Shown one piece after another: positions 27,059 to 32,000 of a stretch of DNA of 32,000 nucleotides (position 1 is the first letter of the stretch; each line of letters starts with the position of its first letter). Location: NCBI RefSeq assembly GCF_000016165.1, contig NC_009253.1:622332-654331 (forward strand), in the 5' to 3' direction. The stretch is from Desulforamulus reducens MI-1. Lineage in GTDB: Bacteria; Bacillota; Desulfotomaculia; Desulfotomaculales; Desulfotomaculaceae. The translations under genes and the position numbers were made by a program. The notes beneath the pieces were generated by a model. That model worked only from the letters and a program-made list of their open reading frames with translations, made no database searches and had not been told where the DNA came from.

Positions 27059-27379
27059 ATGAAAAAAAGAAACCAGCACAGGCAAGCTTTACTAAGGCTT
27101 TTGGAAACGGAATTGATCATGTACCCTGAATTAAAAAAGAAGGCTTTAAAGTATCCCAGCTTTGAGCGTATTGCCCATATTCAAGCCATCGAAACAGCCC
27201 TTGAGGTATTTTGTACCAATGAGGTAAAGAGAGAGTTTGTTAAGTTGAAGTTTTGGGGAAGGCGAATGAAAAATCATGAAATTGCTACTCAATTAGAGAT
27301 TCCTAAAGAAGCTTTACCCCGTTGGCGCAAAACATTATTAACCATCCTGGCAGAGAAGCTTAATATGGATGATCTATAA
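27059..27379 (+). CDS. RinA/ArpU-like phage-type transcriptional activator (sigma-70 region-4-like HTH), 106 aa, orphan
   Basis: LETELIMYPELKKK matches the RinA-family E.EL..Y motif. ...IETALEVF...LKFWGRRMKNHEIATQLEIPKEALPRWRKTLLTILAEKL supplies the C-terminal HTH. No other phage genes are in the window. Confidence 0.6.
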   Translation: MKKRNQHRQALLRLLETELIMYPELKKKALKYPSFERIAHIQAIETALEVFCTNEVKREFVKLKFWGRRMKNHEIATQLEIPKEALPRWRKTLLTILAEKLNMDDL

Positions 27380-27405
27380 GATAAGCAATTTATATTTGTA
27401 TCATT

Positions 27406-27431
27406 ACCCGGTGAAAAACCCGGGTTTTTTT
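27406..27431 (+). terminator. Intrinsic terminator after the RinA-like gene
   Basis: ACCCGG tgaaaaac CCGGGT followed by T7. Confidence 0.7.
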
Positions 27432-27505
27432 GTCATATCAAGATTGTAATTCAGACTACCGACATGGTTATTTCTATTTGTTAGAACAATAACAAGTGAA
27501 AAAGC

Positions 27506-27700
27506 TTAGCCATGCTTACTAATAATTAAAATTAATCCCACAATGAATTGTTGTTTCGACACAATTCTTGTTTGTTTATCGGTAAGCAGACCAAGGGGCA
27601 TGATTGTATTAAAGATAATTATCACAATTCCGGTCGAGCTCGCGGTCAAAAAAAACACCTTTGTCAAGAAAATTTCATTTAATAAGAGATAGCTTAACAT
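27506..27700 (-). CDS. Doubtful small hydrophobic ORF (64 aa)
   Basis: Two hydrophobic stretches, but a weak RBS and no recognisable family. It may be non-coding. Confidence 0.2.
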   Translation of the reverse strand: MLSYLLLNEIFLTKVFFLTASSTGIVIIIFNTIMPLGLLTDKQTRIVSKQQFIVGLILIISKHG

Positions 27701-27771
27701 AACCTTTATAGCTAAACAAGTTAACCTAATTAAAGATGTTTGTCAATTGTATGATTGTTTTTTGTATTATA

Positions 27772-27787
27772 AGTAGTGCGCACTACT
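27772..27787. promoter_or_regulatory. Perfect 16-bp palindrome AGTAGTGCGCACTACT, a candidate operator 100 bp upstream of the gcvH-like gene
   Basis: Exact self-complementarity read directly from the sequence. It is the only such element in this intergenic region. Confidence 0.4.
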
Positions 27788-27886
27788 GATTTGCCAAATT
27801 TGATTATGATAATCTTTAGATAATGAACCGTGAAAACTTTCCCAAGGACATTTGTCTAGTATAAGCGTAAGAAAGGAATGCTGAGA

Positions 27887-28285
27887 ATGACAAAACCCAT
27901 TACTGAATTAACTTTCCTCAACGGTATTCACTATTTCCATGAGCACACCTGGGCCAAAGTTGAAGGTGATCTAGTAAAGGTAGGTATAACCGACTTCGCT
28001 CAGGATAGCCTGGGTAACATTATCTTCGTAGAACTGCCCAATGAAGGTGAGACTTTTAGCAAAGGTGACGAATTCGGTCAGGCTGAATCCGCTAAAACCG
28101 TTTCTGCTCTCTACATGCCAGTGAGCGGTGAAATTGTAGAAGTGAACAGTGAATTAGAAGAAGCACCCCAAAATGTCAATGAAGACCCCTATGGTTCTGG
28201 CTGGATGATTATAGTTAAGCCCAGCAATCTTGATGAAGTTAAAGAACTGTTGTCTAAGGAAGAATACCTGAATCAAATCAAGTAG
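27887..28285 (+). CDS. gcvH: Glycine-cleavage H-protein-like lipoyl carrier protein
   Basis: HEHTWAKVEGDLVKVGITDFAQDSLGNIIFVELP...GQAESAKTVSALYMPVSGEIVEVN...DPYGSGW has the putative lipoyl-Lys at 28094-28096 (ESAK). No gcvT or gcvP lies nearby. The start is ATG 27887; the track's 27878 is too close to the SD. Confidence 0.88.
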   Translation: MTKPITELTFLNGIHYFHEHTWAKVEGDLVKVGITDFAQDSLGNIIFVELPNEGETFSKGDEFGQAESAKTVSALYMPVSGEIVEVNSELEEAPQNVNEDPYGSGWMIIVKPSNLDEVKELLSKEEYLNQIK

Positions 28286-28348
28286 AGGGGGGTCAGACCC
28301 CTGAAATATTTGTCGAATAATCTTATTAGAATGGAAGGAGATGGCATT

Positions 28349-29191
28349 ATGAGTTACACCATCTACTCAGCCACTGGCTGCACCCGTTGCAAAATCGTTA
28401 AACAAGTTATGAAGGAACGTGGCATTGACTTTATAGAACAGGACATGAAAGCAGAAGGTAAGGAAGCCTTTCAAAAATTTTATGCCGCCAACCGGAAAGC
28501 TATTTTTCGTGGCCCGGACGGTGTTGAATTCCCTCTATTACATGATGGTGAGGTGATTCGCCAAGGTATTGGTGCCTCAGTGGCCTACATCTATTCTGGT
28601 ATGAAGCTGGATGGTTTCTTTAGTGTAGGGACCCTGCACAAAGAATGGGTAGACGGCATCCATGTTTCCGGTGGTAACCCCGCATATGCTGCAGAATTTA
28701 TTGAGGTTTTACGTTACATTAAAAATACCAATAATATGAAATTGCAGCTGGATACCAACGGTTTAAACAGTGCTATTCTGGAGCAAATCCTGACTGAAAA
28801 TCTGGCGGATGTAGTGATCATGAATGTCCTAGGGCCCAAAGAATTGTACGGCCAGCTTGTGGGCAAGGATGTAGACCTAGCTGAGATTGAAAAATCCATC
28901 GCTTTGGTAACTAAATTTCCAGAGTACAAATTCCAGACCACCGTTGCCCCCGTGGTTCGCCAAGATGGAGATATTAGCTACCTAACCACTAAGGAAATAG
29001 GGGCCACAGCAAAATTAATTGCTGAAGCCACAGGAAGCATGAAAAACCCTTACCTAGTTAAATTATTTAAGCCTAAAGAGTGCAAGGACGAGCGTTTTAA
29101 AGGCGTCGAGTCCATGGCTACGGAAGCACTGTTACCTTATCGCACAGCAGCCAGAAGCCATCAAGTCTTTGTGGAAATTGAAAAGGCATAA
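28349..29191 (+). CDS. Fusion protein: glutaredoxin-like CxxC domain plus a radical-SAM-activase-like (NrdG/PflA-type) barrel lacking the CX3CX2C motif
   Basis: AAGGAG lies 9 nt before ATG 28349. The N-terminus YSATGCTRCKIVKQVMKERGIDFIEQDM is Grx/NrdH-like, with CxxC at 28379-28390. The remainder (VDGIHVSGGNP...FIEVLRYIK..NMKLQLDTNGLN...ADVVIMNVLGPKELY...YKFQTTVAPVV) matches the class-III RNR-activase-like family after the cluster loop. The whole protein has only 3 Cys. Confidence 0.7.
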   Translation: MSYTIYSATGCTRCKIVKQVMKERGIDFIEQDMKAEGKEAFQKFYAANRKAIFRGPDGVEFPLLHDGEVIRQGIGASVAYIYSGMKLDGFFSVGTLHKEWVDGIHVSGGNPAYAAEFIEVLRYIKNTNNMKLQLDTNGLNSAILEQILTENLADVVIMNVLGPKELYGQLVGKDVDLAEIEKSIALVTKFPEYKFQTTVAPVVRQDGDISYLTTKEIGATAKLIAEATGSMKNPYLVKLFKPKECKDERFKGVESMATEALLPYRTAARSHQVFVEIEKA

Positions 29192-29232
29192 CAAGCATTT
29201 AAATAGAGAAAATAGCGAATAGAGGCAATAAC

Positions 29233-30678
29233 ATGAGTTATCCAACGGTATACCCAACTGGAGTTACCATTTACAATCCCAAGAAAGCCTGGAGTGGTTA
29301 TACTATCTTCCAAGCCAGAGAAGTAGGTGCTTTGCTGATTGATATGAATGGCAGCGAAGTAAACCTGTGGGAGGGACTGCACGGCTTTCCTAACAAAATC
29401 CTGCCCGGTGGCTATGTAATGGGTCACCTTGGGGATAGAAACAACAACTTCGGTATGCAGGACCAGACTGACTTAGTACAGGTTGATTGGGAAGGCAACA
29501 TTGCCTGGAAATTTAACCAGTACGAATTTATCGAAGATCCCGGTGAAGAACCCCAGTGGATGGCTAGACAACACCACGATTACCAGCGTGAAGGTAACCC
29601 TGTAGGTTACTATGTTCCTGGTATGGAACCCCAAACCGATAAGGGCAACACACTGATACTTGTCCATAAAAATGTTAAAAACCCTAAGATTTCTGATAAA
29701 TTACTGCTGGATGATGTTATTATTGAAGTAGATTGGGAAGGTAACATTGTTTGGGAATGGGCTTGCAATGAGCACTTTGACGAGTTTGGCTTTGACGAAG
29801 CCGCTAAAAACATCTTATCCCGTGACCCCAATATGAGAACTTCCGGTGGTGGTATGGGTGACTGGATGCACGTAAACTCCATGTCCGTCCTGGGTCCCAA
29901 CAAGTTTTATGATGCAGGTGATGAGCGCTTTCATCCTGACAACATTATTATTGATGGTCGGGAAACCAACATTATTTGTATTATTGACAAGAAAACCGGC
30001 AAAATTGTTTGGAAATTAGGTCCAAACTATGATACCAGTGAAGAACTTAAGAAAATTGGCTGGATCATTGGTCAACACCATGCCCACATGATTCCCAAAG
30101 GTCTGCCTGGTGAAGGAAACATTTTAATCTTTGACAATGGTGGCTGGGCTGGTTATGGTGTGCCTAACCCTGCTTCCCCTACTGGAGCAAAGAATGCCCG
30201 TCGGGACTACTCTCGGGTACTGGAAATTGACCCCACTACCCTGAAGATTGTATGGCAGTATACCCCTGCTGAAGCTGGTTTCGTTATGCCAACTGACTCT
30301 GAACGTTTCTACAGCCCTTATATCAGCAGTGCCCAGCGTTTGCCTAACGGTAACACCCTAATTACCGAAGGCTCTGACGGTCGTATCTTTGAAGTAACCC
30401 CAGACTATGAAGTTGTTTGGGAATACATCAGTCCCTATAAAGGTGTACACTTACCCACTAACATGGTATATCGTGCTTACCGTGTACCCTACGAGTGGGT
30501 ACCCCAAGTAGAACGTCCGGTGGAAACTGCCATTGAGCCTGTGGATTTAACAACCTTTCGGATGCCCGGTGCAGCACCTATGGGTGCTAAGAAAACTACT
30601 GTTATTGAAGGCACACGTCCTTACCAAGGCGACAAGGCTCTGTGCGTCGCGGCAGGTGATGAAGTAGAAGAAAAGTAA
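29233..30678 (+). CDS. Aryl-sulfate sulfotransferase (ASST)-like beta-propeller protein, no signal peptide, 481 aa
   Basis: Repeated ..DW.GNI.W.. and ..TGKIVWKLGP.. blades, plus MGDWMHVNSMSVL and IGQHHAHMIP..GNILIFDNG, resemble ASST-family motifs (DW.H.NS; qHda..l..GnillFDN). The N-terminus MSYPTVYPTG has no leader. Confidence 0.7.
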   Translation: MSYPTVYPTGVTIYNPKKAWSGYTIFQAREVGALLIDMNGSEVNLWEGLHGFPNKILPGGYVMGHLGDRNNNFGMQDQTDLVQVDWEGNIAWKFNQYEFIEDPGEEPQWMARQHHDYQREGNPVGYYVPGMEPQTDKGNTLILVHKNVKNPKISDKLLLDDVIIEVDWEGNIVWEWACNEHFDEFGFDEAAKNILSRDPNMRTSGGGMGDWMHVNSMSVLGPNKFYDAGDERFHPDNIIIDGRETNIICIIDKKTGKIVWKLGPNYDTSEELKKIGWIIGQHHAHMIPKGLPGEGNILIFDNGGWAGYGVPNPASPTGAKNARRDYSRVLEIDPTTLKIVWQYTPAEAGFVMPTDSERFYSPYISSAQRLPNGNTLITEGSDGRIFEVTPDYEVVWEYISPYKGVHLPTNMVYRAYRVPYEWVPQVERPVETAIEPVDLTTFRMPGAAPMGAKKTTVIEGTRPYQGDKALCVAAGDEVEEK

Positions 30679-30772
30679 CTAATAAATGGGGGGCTACCAG
30701 CCCCCCATTAATTTAATCTAGATTTTTAATAAAATTAGCTAAGACAATCCAATTTTAAGGGAGGTTATAAAC

Positions 30773-32000
30773 ATGACTTATAAAGCTGTGGTTATCGGCG
30801 GTGGTCCTGGTGGTTATGTAGCTGCCATTAGAATAGCCCAACTGGGCGGCAAGGTTGCGGTAGTGGAAAAGGATAGGCTGGGGGGGACCTGTTTAAATAG
30901 AGGCTGCATTCCTACCAAATCACTGATTGCTGCGGTTGATAAATTGAAAGCGGTGGAAGAAGCCGCTGCCTTTGGTATTGAAGTTGGCCAGCCGATGATT
31001 AATTTTAGCAAGGTCCAGGCCAGAAAGTCTGAAGTGGTTGAGAAGCTAGTGGGCGGTATTAATTTCCTATTTAATAAGAACAAAGTAGAATTATTTAACG
31101 GAACCGCTAAAATAAAAGCGCCGGGTGTGGTGGAAGTTGAGAATAATGGTGAAACCCAGAAATTGCAGTGTGAAAATATTGTCATTGCCACTGGCTCCAG
31201 CCCTGCCCTTATTAAAGCACTGGGGTACAACGGAAACACCATTATTACCAGTGAAGAGGCCTTGCAATTGACGGAAATTCCTAGAAGTCTGCTGATTATT
31301 GGTGCTGGTGTAATTGGTTGTGAATTTGCCCATATTTATGGTAGTATGGGGACAGAGATTACCATGGTAGAAGCAGCACCCAGCATTTTATCCCTGCAAG
31401 ATAAAGATATTTCACGCCGGATGCAGACTATCTTCAAGAAGAAAAAGTTTAATATAAAAACCAATGTCACCATTAAGAAAATTGAAGAGGTAGACAATGG
31501 TATTCAAGCTGAGTTAGAAAACGGCGACATCATCAAAGCTGAAAAAGCACTGATCTCCATTGGTCGTATCCTTAATACCAAAAATCTAGGCTTAGCAGAG
31601 GCTGGTATTGAGTGCGGCGAAAGAGGTCAGATTTTAGTTAATGACCAAATGCAAACCAACATCAAGGGCTTCTATGCCATTGGTGATGTAATTAGTAAGT
31701 ATCAGTTGGCCCATGTAGCTTCCGCCCAGGGTATTGTGGCAGCGGAGAACATTATGGGTATTGAATCCACCATGAATTATAGTGCCGTTCCCAGCTGTAT
31801 TTTTACCAGCCCTGAAATAGGTTCCGTAGGTATGACTGAGCAGCAGGCAAAGGATCAAGAAATACCTGTAAAAACCGGCAAATTTAATTTCATGGCTAAT
31901 GGTAAAGCCCTTAGTATAGGGGAAGGCGAAGGTTTTGTTAAGATTGTTACCCATAAAGAAACCGATGTGATTTTGGGTGTTCATATCATAGGGCCCCATG
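30773..32000 (+). CDS. lpdA: Dihydrolipoyl dehydrogenase (E3/L-protein type flavoprotein disulfide reductase), 3'-truncated by the window end
   Basis: Not in the ORF track because no stop falls within the window. Reads MTYKAVVIGGGPGGYVAAIRIAQLGGKVAVVEK (FAD GxGxxG), the redox disulfide GGTCLNRGCIPTK, and NAD-binding IIGAGVIGCEFA. GGGAGG RBS. Confidence 0.9.
   Translation, partial: MTYKAVVIGGGPGGYVAAIRIAQLGGKVAVVEKDRLGGTCLNRGCIPTKSLIAAVDKLKAVEEAAAFGIEVGQPMINFSKVQARKSEVVEKLVGGINFLFNKNKVELFNGTAKIKAPGVVEVENNGETQKLQCENIVIATGSSPALIKALGYNGNTIITSEEALQLTEIPRSLLIIGAGVIGCEFAHIYGSMGTEITMVEAAPSILSLQDKDISRRMQTIFKKKKFNIKTNVTIKKIEEVDNGIQAELENGDIIKAEKALISIGRILNTKNLGLAEAGIECGERGQILVNDQMQTNIKGFYAIGDVISKYQLAHVASAQGIVAAENIMGIESTMNYSAVPSCIFTSPEIGSVGMTEQQAKDQEIPVKTGKFNFMANGKALSIGEGEGFVKIVTHKETDVILGVHIIGPH

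Noticed and set aside
1-32000. Search by eye for CRISPR arrays, tRNA/rRNA genes, transposases, integrases and terminal inverted or direct repeats bracketing the Wadjet operon.
   Set aside because: No regularly spaced repeats, no tRNA-like cloverleaf sequences, no DDE or tyrosine-recombinase motifs, and no matching repeats at 3600-4020 versus 10600-10720 were seen. A computational repeat search could still find short att-like repeats I missed.

Overview
This 32-kb window looks chromosomal and comes from a roughly 40% GC, probably spore-forming Firmicute (Clostridia-like). That placement is an inference from a Spo0E-family gene, a sigma-54 enhancer-binding protein, a reverse rubrerythrin, a soluble MCP and strong AGGAGG-type ribosome-binding sites. 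All family assignments come from motifs read by eye; no searches were run.

The clearest accessory module is a four-gene Wadjet (JetABCD, SMC-like anti-plasmid) operon at 4025-10600. It is a known system. Its jetA is split by a 1-nt frameshift as the sequence stands.

Decayed genes flank the operon:
- Left: two tandem degenerate copies of a small CBM/jelly-roll-like gene.
- Right: a YmaF-like remnant overlapping the jetD 3' end, a frameshifted DUF3795 gene, a truncated glyoxalase/VOC gene and a broken metallophosphoesterase.
- Further right: a PAS-PAS-GGDEF-HD-GYP signalling gene carrying frameshifts and an internal deletion, abutted by an orphan MCP C-terminal tail.

Most of the frameshifts are single-base contractions of short homopolymers, so assembly error has to be excluded before any of them is called a pseudogene.

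The least explained part, and my best candidate for something undescribed, is the co-directional cluster at 27887-32000. It holds a GcvH-like lipoyl carrier, a glutaredoxin-like CxxC domain fused to a radical-SAM-activase-like barrel that lacks the CX3CX2C cluster motif, a leaderless ASST-like beta-propeller, and a dihydrolipoyl dehydrogenase. A perfect 16-bp palindrome and an orphan RinA-like regulator with a highly structured leader lie upstream.

Ordinary content includes an EamA transporter, a PAS/sigma-54 activator, a GNAT, a small thioredoxin-like protein, a reverse rubrerythrin, an NRDE-family protein, an XRE plus membrane-protein pair, a TPP riboswitch driving thiE-thiM, an amidohydrolase, a thioesterase, an MFS-MarR operon and a soluble MCP.

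I saw no rRNA, tRNA, CRISPR array, transposase or integrase.
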